NCBI RefSeq assembly: GCF_009914755.1
Contig: NC_060942.1
DNA from: the human T2T-CHM13v2.0 reference genome, Homo sapiens
Reading direction: 5' to 3' (one strand)
Length of the DNA: 64,000 nucleotides
Shown piece by piece: positions 50,402-63,439 of this stretch (positions are counted from its first letter, which is position 1; each line of letters opens with the position of its first letter). Both the position numbers and the translations under genes were made by a program. The notes under the pieces were generated by a model that was given only the letters and a program-made list of their open reading frames with translations, did no database searches and had not been told where the DNA came from.

Positions 50402-51759
50402 AAGGGTTACATAAGGCGAAGTCTAGAAAGGTCCTGAGTGCAGGAGCTTTAGTGGGAGGAACTACCTTTCCAGTATGTGACTGCATTCACCAACCTGGAA
50501 GCTCTCTAAACCCATAGTTCAGGATTTTTCTAAAGCTTCCATTATGCGGATATGATTGATTAAATCATTGGCCATTGGTGATTAACTGAATTCCCAGCTC
50601 CTCTCCTCTCCTTGGAGGTGAGGGATTGGGACTAAACTTCCACCCTCTAATCACATGATTAATTTCTCTGGCAAGGAGCCCACATCCTCCCACAGTCACC
50701 TCACTAGCACAAATTCAGGTATGGTTTAAAGCAATTTGTCATGAATAATAAAAGACACTCTTCTCACCCCTATCACTCAGGAATTCCAAGGGTTTTAGGA
50801 GCTCCGTGCCAGGAGCTCAGGATGAGGACCAAATATGTATTTATTACTGTATCACAATATCACAATGACAAATGGATAGTGCAGAATTCATGTGGTACAA
50901 CTTCATCATTTGGTGGCAAAGGTCAGGGCAGGCTTCCAAGAAGTGACATTTCTTTGGCTCCTTCTAGAAAGGAAGCAACCATAGCAGCTCAAAATAAAAG
51001 AAGAATAAACAGAAGAAATGTATGTTAAATTAATATTCAAATGATTTTGAAATATTCAAGTTGAGCTACTGTGAACATCAGTAATTACACCAAAAAATGA
51101 GCAAATGTTATAATTATAACTGCAGTAAAAATTATCCAGCAGTTTCAGGAAGGAGCTCTGCACAGCATATTGATCAGTAGTTATTGAGCTTTTCTTAAGG
51201 GTGAAAGCGACATGAAAAGGTCTTAAATTCACTTTGTTCACATTGTAGATGTTCCAGTGGCTGAGCCACAAAACCACAGAAGTAGCAAACTCCATGAATA
51301 CGGCCCCTATTGTTTACATCAAATGTAACAGTCTTTTATTAATACATCTCCTGGATTGTACCATGGGGACAAAAACTGTTCTCCATAACCTTCTAAATTT
51401 CTCAACTTAAACCAGTCAGCTAAGGAAGTTTGGGTTAGAATCACTGTTATCCATTTATTACCCCAATGCCATTCAAAAGTCATGTTAATCATATTGGAAA
51501 TATTATGACCAAGATTATAAATTTAGCTTTATAATAGTTATTGGGAGAAGGAAGAATGCAACTGCCTGTTTTTCTACCTCTATGTACTTCTACTACCTGC
51601 AGCTTACCTCCACCTGAATCGTGACTCTTACCCCAATTTCTAGGCCCAATCCTGCTCTTAAACACACCCAGGCTGGCTGTCAGTAGTCTCTTCTCACTGT
51701 CTGTATCTTAATTCTGTGTTTTGTGGATTTCCTATGGAAAGATGGTACAAGGTTTTCCA

Positions 51760-52200
51760 TCCAGTTAAGTCAAACTTCTCAGTCCTGTTTTCTAGGTCCT
51801 CTCCTATTAGACCCTATACATAACTAATGATTTACTTGGAGAGGCCCACAAATCTCATTAATGACACCAACTTATTTCTTCCCCTTCCTCACTTCTTCTA
51901 ACTGATGCAAATAGCTTCCACTCCCTCTTCACACTCTACAGGTCTGTTACTGCTTCGTTGATAACCATGCATCTGACCAACCTGCCATCTTCTGAAAAGC
52001 TAACAGCATCTATAAATACAGCTTCATTCTACAATTCACACCTTCTTCTCAACTGATTTATTGAATTCCATCTTGTTAGCCCAGCTCGGATTTTATGTTC
52101 TTTGGAAAAATCTGTTTCTAAGTCCATGTGCAGTCCCCACACTACCTAACAAACTGCAATGTGCATGAAGTTGAATACATATTTATTGAGTGAATAAATG
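51760..52200 (+). mobile_element. L2 3' fragment
   Basis: Ends ATATTTATTGAGTGAATAAATG. Confidence 0.45.
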
Positions 52201-53418
52201 GGGAAATGAGCAATTGAATTACTAAGTCTTGGGACAGCAGGGGACTGGGAGATTCTTGGAAATTTAAATGTATAATAATAAACATTGATGGATTGAGAAA
52301 ATTTGCTTTTTATATTTTACCATTGTTAGGCTGATTTAATGCAGCATAACTTTAAAATTCACTTATTTTCCCTGGGATTTTAATGGAGCTTATAATCTAG
52401 TGGAAGGAGAAAGAAAATAAACAAATAAACACTCAAATAAACAAGAAGATTTAAGATTAATTTTTACTACATATATTATACATATTATATGTCAACACTT
52501 TATTGATTATTCTAAATTATGCAATAGGGTATAAATACGAATGTTTTCCCCAACCACTGGTTTGAATGCTGCTTTCCTAAATCTTCCTTTTCCTGTCCTT
52601 TAATGACATCTTGGACGGAAACCGTAACTTTCCAGTTGATCCAGCAATCAAAACTCAAGCCAGTTTAAAACTTTAATCTTAAACTCAATTTACATCCTAT
52701 TTCCTGCTCTCTCTCTCCAGTACTATCTTGAGCTGGAGTTCTAGTTGCAGCAAGTAGACGAGATGTGTACATAGTATGGCTTTTATAGACCTCAGTCTAT
52801 TCTGCTGCTGTGGTCATTTCAACAAGGAGGTAGTCCACATAGATGAAGTGTGGCTCTATCCAGGATACTTTTTCAAGTATATGCACTAGCTTCAGTGAAA
52901 ATTTATTGCCATTGCATAGTGAAGAAGCTGTTCCTTCCCCAGGTCCTGCCATTTCTTTCCAATTCTCTGCTCTCCTCTGATAGGCACAGGGGTAGCACTC
53001 AAATCTAAAGCCTAGGCATGCATTCAAAAAGTAAACAGTATAGTCTTCATATACTATAGGAAGGGTGCCTCAGAATCTCATTGGTCTCTGGGTGGGGAAA
53101 AGGGTGAACCACGCAAATCTCTTCTACTTTGAATATGGCATTTTCCTTAAGATCAACCACCCCAGTAACTCCCTCTTATCCAAACCTGCCTCTTTTCACT
53201 ACATCACCTCTCTTTCTCTCAACCTCAATTTCATCTAGCCTTTACATGCAGGAAAAAAAATCTTGTTACGTGAGTATGCATTCAAGTATTTCTATCTTGC
53301 TATCTGCAGTCTCTTCCAGTTGGGATGCCCTTGGTCTGCTTGACAACCCTTTTTTCTGAGCTTTGAAGGCTTTACTCCTCAATGCTTAGGCAACAGAAAA
53401 GGTCCAAATCATAACATC

Positions 53419-54353
53419 TGTAAATATTATAATAAATATATATTTTGGTTTTTATCCCCAAATACTGGCTGGAGTTTCTGAAACCCACGTAATGTCCTAA
53501 TTGACAAGAGTTATGGGAACATATTTTGTTGTAATATGTGGGGTTTTGTCTTCCCAGTTTCCTGAGATAGCTCAGAGTGATAATGGTGAAAGGTGTGTTC
53601 TCTGCAATACATCACAAGCCCCTTTGAACCACACCTGAGTATATGTTAATGAGCTGGCTTTTGGACTGCCCCTAAGGATGGAGATAAATGGCTGCCAGGA
53701 AAACCAAGTATGTGATTAAAGGGCTGGAACTTTCAGCAATCCCTAATGCCCCCCTATCTTCAGAGAGGGGAGAAGGGCTGGAGATTGAGTTAATTCCCAG
53801 TGACCAATGATTTAATCAATCTTACCTGTGTAATGAAGCCTCAGTAAAAACCTAAATTTGGGTTTGAAAAGCTTCCCGAGTGATGAATACCTAGATGTGC
53901 TAGGAGCCAGGCACACCTACAGAGGGTGTGGAAACCACATTCCCCTTTCCCCTACCTTGCCCTATGCATCTGTTCCATTTGGCATTTCCTCAGTTGTAAT
54001 AAACTAGTAAATGTAAGTTTTTTTTTTAATTCTGTGAAGTATTCCAGCAAATTATTAAACCCAAGGGAAGGGATCATGGAAATCCCCAATTTACAGCCAG
54101 TTGGTCAAAAGTACTGGAAGCCCAGATTTGTGATTGACATCTGAAATGGGGGCAGTCTAATGAAATTGACCCCTTAACTTGTGGGATCTGACCACAACTT
54201 CAGGTAGATCATGTCAGAATTGAATTAAATTGTAAAATACCCGGTTGGTGTTAGGAAAATTGGAAAAATGCTTCCTGTATAAAAACTCCAGACATTTGGT
54301 GTTAGTAGTGGTGTGAATGCAAAATAAAAAAGTTTTCTTTTTTTTTTTTAACA
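53419..54353 (+). mobile_element. MER21-family solo LTR (~935 bp)
   Basis: ACCACACCTGAGT, CCAATGATTTAATCAATC, TAATGAAGCCTC, GTCAGAATTGAATTAAATTG. Confidence 0.82.
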
Positions 54354-55489
54354 TCTATGTCTCCTTCTCTATCTCCCTTCCCTGTGAATTTAGTAAAGTT
54401 TAAAGTTCTCTTCAGTGTTGCTATTTCCATGGCTGTCACCATGGAGACAGTAGTCCAAGACAAAAAGATATCAACAGATCTAGACAAGAGATAGAGAATG
54501 ATTCAAGACCATAAGTGCATGAGGATATGTATAGAAAGAATCTCAGCCATACTCCCTGATGACCCTCCCTAACTCCATGAATGCACATTCTCCAGACAGA
54601 TACCCTGATTGAGAGTAGGAATTGTGTTGGGTCTTTAAAGAAACTTTCCATTTTCTTGGATGCTTGCAGCTTTGGAGATAACAGCCCAACAATCTGCCCA
54701 ATACCAGATCCAAGTAACTGATAAAATCTTGAGTTATCACAGTGAAGCTGAGAGAGTTGAAATTCAGTTCTAGTCAGATGCCTGGCTTAACATCCATCCC
54801 AGTACTTACAGGCCTGTCTCAGGTAGTCTTGGGTACTGTTATCTTATAGTTAGATTCATGATTGGCTTAGCAAATACATCATTACTGTCACATGAGAAAA
54901 AAATGTGAACTTTTCAACAGTGGCAATAACCAACATAAAATGTAATTTTCAGGACTCAGCTAAAACTGTTTCAGCCAGAGAAGAAGTGACTTCTTTTCCT
55001 GTTTGTTAGAAGTAAAAACCAAGCAATGAAACAGGTTTGTTTCTCTTATACTTTCTACTTTCTCTCTGGGTCTTGCTTTCACAAGACAATTTCTGAGAAA
55101 AATGACACAGTGTCTACCAACAGAAGGAGTTAAAAGAAAATATTAATTATATGTAGGCTAGTTACATATGAGAATTACCCAAGGTATAAAACTACTTCCC
55201 CACAACCGCATGAGCAATTAAAGTAAAAGAAAGCATGTTTGCCACACTTTCAAGATAATCCAAATTTGTAGAGTAGCATGAAATACTAAATTTCTTCCAT
55301 TTCAAGAAGCTATTAAGTCAATTGAGCAACTGAAGTCAAAGTTGACACAGAAAAACAAAGGACACAGTCAAATAAAATATTAAGTTTTCATATCCACTTA
55401 AAAGTAAGATATCTGAGTGAATGAGGCACATCAAAGTAATACTTGCACAGAGGGCTTAAATGCTAGCACACAGAAAAAAATTCTTTTAT

Positions 55490-55746
55490 TTAATTAAGAC
55501 CTATATTATTCTATATGTCATGCTTACTTTAAGAGGACTTATAAATATTAACTCTTTTAATCTTCATATCAATTTTATCAGTTAGACATTATTATCATCA
55601 TCTTCATTTTACAAAATAGAAAACTGAGGCAATGAGTGGTTGGTAAACAAATACTGGTGTTCATACAATGAGGAAGGGATGGAGGCTGGAATTGAACACA
55701 GATGTGTCAGCTCAGAATTGCAGGCTCTGAATTGCTATACTATGCA
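55490..55746 (-). mobile_element. MIR
   Basis: CATTTTACAAAATAGAAAACTGAGGC...GGAATTGAACACAG. Confidence 0.75.
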
Positions 55747-55789
55747 CGAAGAAGGCCTGGCCCTAAACCACAGTGCAACGCTGCTGCCT

Positions 55790-56040
55790 GTTGGAGTATG
55801 TGGTGAGCTAGTAGGCTCTTCAGCCAGATAGACCTGAGTTTAAATCCTGGCTCTGGCTTTGGCAAGAACCTGCAGTGATTTGTTATCAGCTACATGTCAC
55901 TTAATCAAAGGTAGTTACATATTGGAATTTGATTTATATAAGTATCTATATTATCATCTATTTGTAATATAGATGACAGAAAACACTAGAATCATGACTA
56001 GCACATAAACAGCACTTAAAATATTCTTCATTAATATTTC
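55790..56040 (+). mobile_element. MIR relic
   Basis: CAGATAGACCTGAGTTTAAATCCTGGCTCTG. Confidence 0.6.
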
Positions 56041-56723
56041 TATTATATAACAAAGAACATAGGAAGTTCAAGTCACCATCACCAGTACATTCCATGCATT
56101 CTTATCTCTCACCTTTTCTATTGCAGTAGATACTGAATTCTTGACTTGCAGTCTCACTCTCCCCCTCCAATTCTACCTGGACCCAAAGAGAGTCCTTATA
56201 AACTGTGAATATCATGTCTGTGCAAGTGTAAATCTTTCATTGATTTTCATAATTTCTATATTAAGATACAAAAACCTTAGCAGGGTTTACATAGCTCTGC
56301 ATGGTCTGATGCTTCCCAATATTTCAGTTCCATTTCATGCATTTCATGGCATTTTTTTTACATTACTTCTGCTTACATGTGGGAAAGGCTGACCAAAACC
56401 AAAAAAAAATTCAATGATCTCAATACAATACTACTCATTAATTTCACAGGTATTTATTGAGTGGCTACTCAAGTTTCAGGTGCCAAGGGAGTACGGAGCA
56501 AGAAAAGCCAAGAGTCATTTCCTACACCATTTAAACATGAATGGATTCGCCTCTACATCCATTTATATGGCCCCTTTTCTCTCCTTTTCTTCTCAGGCAA
56601 GCTTCTGCCCAGGCTTGCTTTTACCAAGACTTTCTCTTTCAATTACTTCTCTAAAGTTTTAAATTTGACTTTTGCCTCCACTTCACCACTGACACTATTC
56701 TCACTCAGATCATAAACAACATC

Positions 56724-57190
56724 TGTGGCAGATTCTGACAGTTGCCTTTCTAATATCCATTTCCCTCTTCTTTTTTCACTAAGTCGGTAAAGAGTGAGAA
56801 AAAATAGAGGCAGAAAGAGAGAGAAAGAATGTTTAGGAAAACAATGTACTCAGCTTAATAATAATAATAAAAAAAGAAGACATTACACACATTCCTTTGA
56901 AGCTTAGGAATTGTGATTGGCAGTCTATGGAGAATTGCTGGAAAAGACGCTTCATGATATACTTGCTTCACTTTCCTCCTTGTTGTTTTTTCCTTCTTCC
57001 TTCCTATTTGGAATGTAGATGTGAAACTGGAGACAGACTAGCCATTTGTGAACATAATATGGCCGTAAGGATGAAAGAAACCATATACAAACAGAAGAAA
57101 GATTGAAGAAGTCTCAGACACTGATGAGGATGGGCAGCGTCTACAGGATTTCTGAACTTTCTATTTCTGGACTTTATTACATGAGGAATG
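56724..57190 (+). mobile_element. Degenerate MLT1J-like LTR
   Basis: TGTGGCAGA...TAATATCCATTTCCCTCTTC...CTGGACTTTATTACATGAG. Confidence 0.5.
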
Positions 57191-57199
57191 GATGCACAT

Positions 57200-58468
57200 C
57201 TCTGGCACCATGAAGATAGCTCAGAGGCATCTCAAACTAAATAGAGATGCAAAATAAACTTTTGTTCTTGCTCCACAGTTATATTTCCCCAGTGTTCCCA
57301 ATCTCAGTACATTTCACTTTATCGATGACTCTTAACAGATAGTACTGAAATGTTTTTTCCATTATTCTTCATATTCAATCTATAATCAATACTGTATCTT
57401 CTTGTTCCAAAATATATCTGGCCTCAGTAGACACTCTTCCATTGCCATCACTAGGGAATCAGAAGGTAGGTTGCATTTTAGTTTATAAATTTATTATTTT
57501 GTGGATAGAAATGTCTTCATTTTTATTTCCATACTGCTCTTAATTTCATTCAAGTTTCCTTTGTAATCTCTATTGATTTTCATCTCACCAAGAAAAAAAA
57601 CAAAGCCGTTGGTGTGTTTTTGCTAAGGCGGCCTTTCTTTACCTTTCTGTGCTAACCTTGAGCATTGCAAGCTCTTACCTACCTCAGAACTTGCACACCT
57701 TTTATTTCCATCACTCTTACCTAACTCCACTGTATTTTTAAATTTCTACTTCTCAGATAACTGTTTTTAGCCAGTTGCTTCTCTCTTGTTCTAACTTTAC
57801 CAGACATCTAGTTTGTCTTATTTTACTCTACTCTTTACTCTTCCCAAGTGGTACTTACAGTAATTGGGTTAAAATATGCATTTGGGGATTGCTATGGTTT
57901 GATATACTTTTCTTGTGTTGAATTTTTTGTTGAAACTTGATCCTTAGTATGGCAGTGTTGGGTGGTGGGACCTAGTGGGAGGTGTTTGGGCTATGGGGGT
58001 TGATCCCTCCTAAATGGCTTGATGCTTTTCTAAAGATAGCAAGTTTTTACTCTTGCAAGACTGGATTAGTTCTCATGGGAATAAAGTAGTTCCCTTGAGT
58101 AGGTTGTTATAAAGCCAGGTTGCCCCTCAGGCTTCTCTCTCTTCGTAAATGTTCATGTCCCTTTTGACCCTCTTTACCATGTTTTGATGCAGCATGAAAG
58201 CCCTTGCCAGAAGCCAAGGCCAAGCTCTTGAATTTCTCAGCCTGCAGAACTATGAGCTACATAAACCGTTTTTCTTTATAAATTACCCAGTCTCAGGTAT
58301 TTCTTTATAGTAACACAAAACGGACTAAGACAGGTATTTAATTATATCTCCATTAGACTCAATGTGTCAGGAAGACAGACTGTATCTATTTGTTCACAGC
58401 TTTATTTGCAGTGGTAGTAGAGTGCCTGGCACAGAGTAATAATATATAATACATATTGATTGAATAAA
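57200..58468 (+). mobile_element. L2 3' region split by an MSTB LTR
   Basis: GGCATCTCAAACT; 3' end AGAGTGCCTGGCACAGAGTA...ATATTGATTGAATAAA. Confidence 0.6.
57890..58332 (+). mobile_element. MSTB-like MaLR solo LTR
   Basis: TGCTATGGTTTG...AAATTACCCAGTCTCAGGTA...GGACTAAGACA; TSD GGGAT/GGTAT. Confidence 0.87.
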
Positions 58469-59133
58469 GTAACATAGAGAACTCAGTGGATTGATAATAT
58501 ATTGGAAAAAATAGATTCTCTATTGAAAATAATTAAATAATTTTATCTTATAAAAGTAGACCAAGATCTGCCTTGACTGTGCATTGGTGATTCAAAGCAT
58601 GTCCTATAACTTGGAAGCTACAAAAAATAAAAATAAAAATAATTTATCGTTATTTATCTAAAATGAAAGCTGCTGGAAAATAACCAAGATAGTTTAGTGA
58701 TGATTCCATTGCACTAGAAAAATTTAAGTTTCTTAAATCTAATCTAAGGATTTGAGGAACTGCAGAGGGGCCATGCACTCACAGTCAAAACTGTAACACT
58801 CAAATGTAGAACAATTTAAATTTCGGCAAACTACTTAAAGAAGTGGCTCACAATTCTATGGGAAAATGATCATTTTACTATGCACTAATAATAACAATAA
58901 CAATAGCAATTATTAGCACATGTGTAACATATTACTGTTTACATAGTATTTTTATTTTTATATCTCATTTCCAAGCAGGGTTTTTCAGATTAGATTTCTT
59001 TCTGCAAAGTACAATGTGTTCTCCTTTTAATACTTCAAAATATACACAAAATACTCATTATTGTATAGCTACATTTGTACATAAAACAAAGTTCACATAC
59101 AAAATAACACACATACAATCTCAGATCAAGTAA

Positions 59134-59501
59134 AATCTTAGTCCTTTTCTGCTGCTATAATAGAATACCACAGATTGAGTCATTTATAAAAGAAAGATTT
59201 ATATGGCTCGTGGTTCTGGATGCTGAGAAGCCTAACAGCATGGCACCTGCATCTGGTGAGGGTCATCTCATGGTGAAGGAGTAGAAGGTGGAGGGCATGT
59301 GAGACAGAAAAAAAAATCAGGCCAAACTTGTTTTGGTAACAAGTTGTTTCACACTAACTAAACAGCTCCTATGATAATTGCATTCATCCATTCATGAGCA
59401 CTCGTGACCTAATCATCTCTTAAAGGTCCCACCTTTTAATACTGTTAAAATGATACTGGAATTTCAACATAAGTTTCGAGGGGAATATTTAATCCATAGC
59501 A
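59134..59501 (-). mobile_element. MSTC/MSTD-like MaLR solo LTR
   Basis: TCTTAGTCC...GCATCTGGTGAGGG...GACCTAATCA...CCATAGCA; TSD AGTAA/AGTAG. Confidence 0.82.
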
Positions 59502-62044
59502 AGTAGATACAATCCATTAGTAATCAGCAGAATTGCAGCTTGGCTTTTTAGTCTGTAAGAATATTGGTTCTTTTGATGGATAATTTTTATCCTCATTATA
59601 AACTCTTGGATCCTCCACTTCTTCCATTCTCCTGACACACACACAAGTAATATTTTTTGATCTCTGGCAAAATGTTATACAATGCTGACACTTACACTTT
59701 TGATTACCAAGGTTGATTCTTGCAATATACTTACTTTAATTAAATAAATAAATTAGTTAACTGTTCTAACACAAATATTTAAGCACATAAAGCATTCTCT
59801 ATATAAATTTTTTTTGAAAACAGAAGTTTATTTGTCCTGTGCTAGGGAGATACTGATAGGCATTAGCCAGTTAATGTACAATAAGTATAATTCATAGCTA
59901 CAAATTGAAAACATGAAGTGACAATTTCTTCCAACATATCACTGAAGAATTTTTTTTCTCACCATCACCATAGGCCCATAAGGGATGCTGAAAGGTTTCT
60001 ATATTGAGTGAAAGGAGTGATGTATCACTTCACCTCCTTAGTAAAGGATATGGGAATATTCTCCAAGGGCAGTCTCTGGCTCTTTGGTAATGCAATGATG
60101 ATAACTGAGCCTCAACTTGTCCCCTTGATGGGTGAGAAGGAACCACCAAAGCTAGTGAACAGTTGTATTGCAATGGAAGCTATATCTCAGGACCTGAAAA
60201 TCCAAGAAGAAAGAACTACATGCTTCATATTTAATTATTGGGGCTTGGATAATATTTAAGTGTTTAGGGAAATAGTTGAAATTACAATATATCATTCCCT
60301 TTCATTTACCATTATATGTGGGTGAGAGGGGGATAGTGAACAATAAATTACACTACTTAGAGATGTGGGCTAAGCTGTTTGTTGGGCAGCTGTGTCAATA
60401 AAGTACAAACATAACATCAGTTTCCCATTACACAAATCATTTAGAGTCATATATTACTCACTATAATGGAAAAAGGGGAGACTGAAATCTAAAATGAAAG
60501 GAGAAATTGAAGTACACCCAGAGCAAGTAGCAGCTGAGCCAACAGCAGCCAGCACAGTGAAACATTTAGTCAGATCTCCTGAAAAACAAGTGCTTCTGGC
60601 TTTAATGACCCTCGATGTCACATCCCAGAAAGCTGAGGACCAGCTGGGGTGCAAGAATATTGGAAGCAAATTTTTCTTGCTATTCGCAGGTAATTGGAAA
60701 TAAATAGACGACTGCTCCCACACATCACCCTGCAGATTGTGATTTAGTTCAAGAGTTTTGAAGGTGAATTTTTCTGTCGGTTTGCATTGACTTTGATGTG
60801 GATTTTTCAAAGTAGGTGTGATAGGACAGTCATCATGTAGGAATGTCATGGATGAAACAGTGACTGTTTCTTGAAGCTCAGCTGGGGAAAAAAAAATCAT
60901 GTATTCATCCTTCCATTTCTGCCTGCTTGTTACACAGGTCTATTATTACTGGTTAACATGGTTCCAAAATGGCTGTTCACTCAGTCCTAGAACTGAAACC
61001 ACAAGCAAGGTAAGGGTTTATTCTACTTTACTCACTGGATAGGTGTCCAAATACTTGCAATTGCATTTACTATTTATTTTATAAATGTAAACAGAATCCA
61101 ATTTATATTACCCTGAGAAGGCTGGCTAGGAAAAGCATCCTATCATACAAATATGGAATACTTTTTTTTCATTTTTGATGCACACATGCAAAATACACAT
61201 ACAATGTACCCACTTTTGAGGTAGAAGTGTTTCTAAAGTTTATCTATAATTTTACAAGATGTAGTACTAATCAGAGATTATTTTTCTAGATTCATTATAT
61301 ACCTTTGGAAAGTTGCATTGTTTGTGAAAACTTCAACTGTAACAATTAGACTGAGAAAGGTCCCAATAAATTGAATTCAAACTATATTTTCTGAAGCGAT
61401 TCCATGCAATGTTCATTCAAAATTTCTGTTACACTTTCAGTTTTCAGTGCTCTTTAATACATAAATATCTCTCTGACAGATGTGTTTTCCTGTTTTGTAT
61501 TTGCACATTTATAAAATCTATTTGTTTTTATAGCTTTAATTTCTCTTTTCCTCAAGGGGTATTTATTAGCACCCTAATATAAATAACAACAAATTACTAA
61601 ATTTTCTGATATACAACATTCTCCCTCCCATCATTGAAAGTTAATATTGCCCTAAAATACATGAAGTTCAATAAATGCATAAGAAAATGATTTCAAAGAT
61701 TTTTAAATATTCTTATGCCTGTGTGTCTTGCTTTTTGTTCTCCAACTTTATCAACAACTCTTGAGACACCAAACCATGAGATAAAAGTAAATGAACCATC
61801 CTTTTTCATTTTTACAGCTTTTTTCTTCATTGATATTTTATATATTTTTTCTTAGAAAGTTTTATTCTTGTAGTCATGACTTTCAATAATATACTCCTAT
61901 AATTTGAGTTATAAGGATTTAAAAATATCTATTGACCCTCACCTATCAAAAATGACAACTGAGGGCCTACGTACACAGACTCTGACCATCTGTTTTTCCC
62001 ACATTGTCATTATTTATATGATGTAAGATTTTGTTTTCCATAAC

Positions 62045-63420
62045 CAAAGTGTAGATCTGGGTTTGGTGGTGCTCAAAGCATAAACAATATGTCCCTCATT
62101 AATTAAGAAAATCTAAAACTATGATTGAAAAAGTACATTTAAAAGCATTATTTCTTTTGAGAAATCACAACAAATAAGAAATCTCAAAAATCAAGTAAAT
62201 ACCATTATCCCAAAATCTATAGAAATTGCATATTTTTACTAATAGTCAGATGTGCCTCAAAATACTTTTGTCCTTTTATGTTTTTGCTGTATACTCTTTG
62301 CTCATCTTTCCATATGACGAATTTGTAATATTTCCTATAAAATGAACAAAATTATAACTCAGTCTACTTTCTAGAATAGTCAATGGATTTTTTATAGCCA
62401 GAAAAGTTCCTTGCAGTTTCATAATTTGCTATTGATTACAAACTTTTAATTTGATAAATAAATTTATTGCATATTTATTAAATTTAGGATAACATTTATC
62501 CAAATAACAAGCTATAAGATATGAGAGCATTTTAAATTTCTTCACGCCATGATTAAACTCTGCTTTAAATGAAAACGCATGTTAACCTGTTTGTCATTTA
62601 TGTTTCATTTGCTGCACTGGTGGCCATTTTCCTTTCAGTTTTATCTGGAGCCCTCAGACATCAGGCCAAGATATGTCACTATGTACACTAAAAAATGATT
62701 TAAAGTGTGACTTCCCACACAGACCTACTTGCTGCTGGTAGCATTGATACAGATTAATTCTCTACCCACATAGAATTTCTATTTCACATGATTCCAACTA
62801 GAAATGTTATAAATTAATACAGTGCATTTAAAACTGTATATACTGCATATTGAGTGTATTTCTGATGTAAGAAAACATGCATTTTTGACTAGGTGTTGAT
62901 AGAATGTTTCATAATTCTAAGGATTTTCAAGGACTAGCTTCTAGCTCTATCTTTGTCAAACCTTGTACTCTTTTGCTACCAGGGCACCTCTGGTGCTTGC
63001 TCATTTTCATTGTCATATGTCCTGTGGCTTTACAACATTGTAACTTGGCACTGGGTATAGCGGGTGATAGGAATAAGTTATTGCTACCATAGTCCATGGA
63101 AATGACAGTGAGTCACATGAGTATATCTTATTAAACCCCAACTAAACATTATTTCCAAGTAAGCTTCCCTTTAGCCGGTTCCCAAAAGTGGTTGCAGTTT
63201 TTCAACAGAAGAAAAAAAATGTCAGAAGGGAAGCTGAAGTAGAGATGGAAGTCCTAAACCATAGTAGTTATATCCGTTGTTTGTAAATTTTAAAATATAT
63301 GAACATGTGAACACAATGCTAGGACCCCCTGGCCCTGAAACACAGGCATACACACCTGCCTTGGAAGGTGCACGTGCAGAGGAGGGATCCTAAATCTAAT
63401 GCTCATTGACTTCAGACAGT
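62045..63420 (-). mobile_element. Arthur1/MER69B-like hAT-Tip100 DNA transposon relic
   Basis: Ends GATCTGGGTTTGGTGGTGCTCAAAGCATAAACAAT and GCCTTGGAAGGTGCACGTGCAGAGGAGGG...GCTCATTGACTTCA resemble recalled MER69 termini. Confidence 0.5.
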
Positions 63421-63439
63421 TGTTTTATTCCTTGTGTTA

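Noticed and set aside
55490-56040. Head-to-head MIR pair as a dsRNA source
   Set aside because: Copies are too diverged to pair stably; the arrangement is common.
60494-60703. 69-aa plus-strand ORF as a protein-coding exon
   Set aside because: No homology recognised, and splicing to the 72-nt exon reaches a stop within that exon; only the splice signals are reported.
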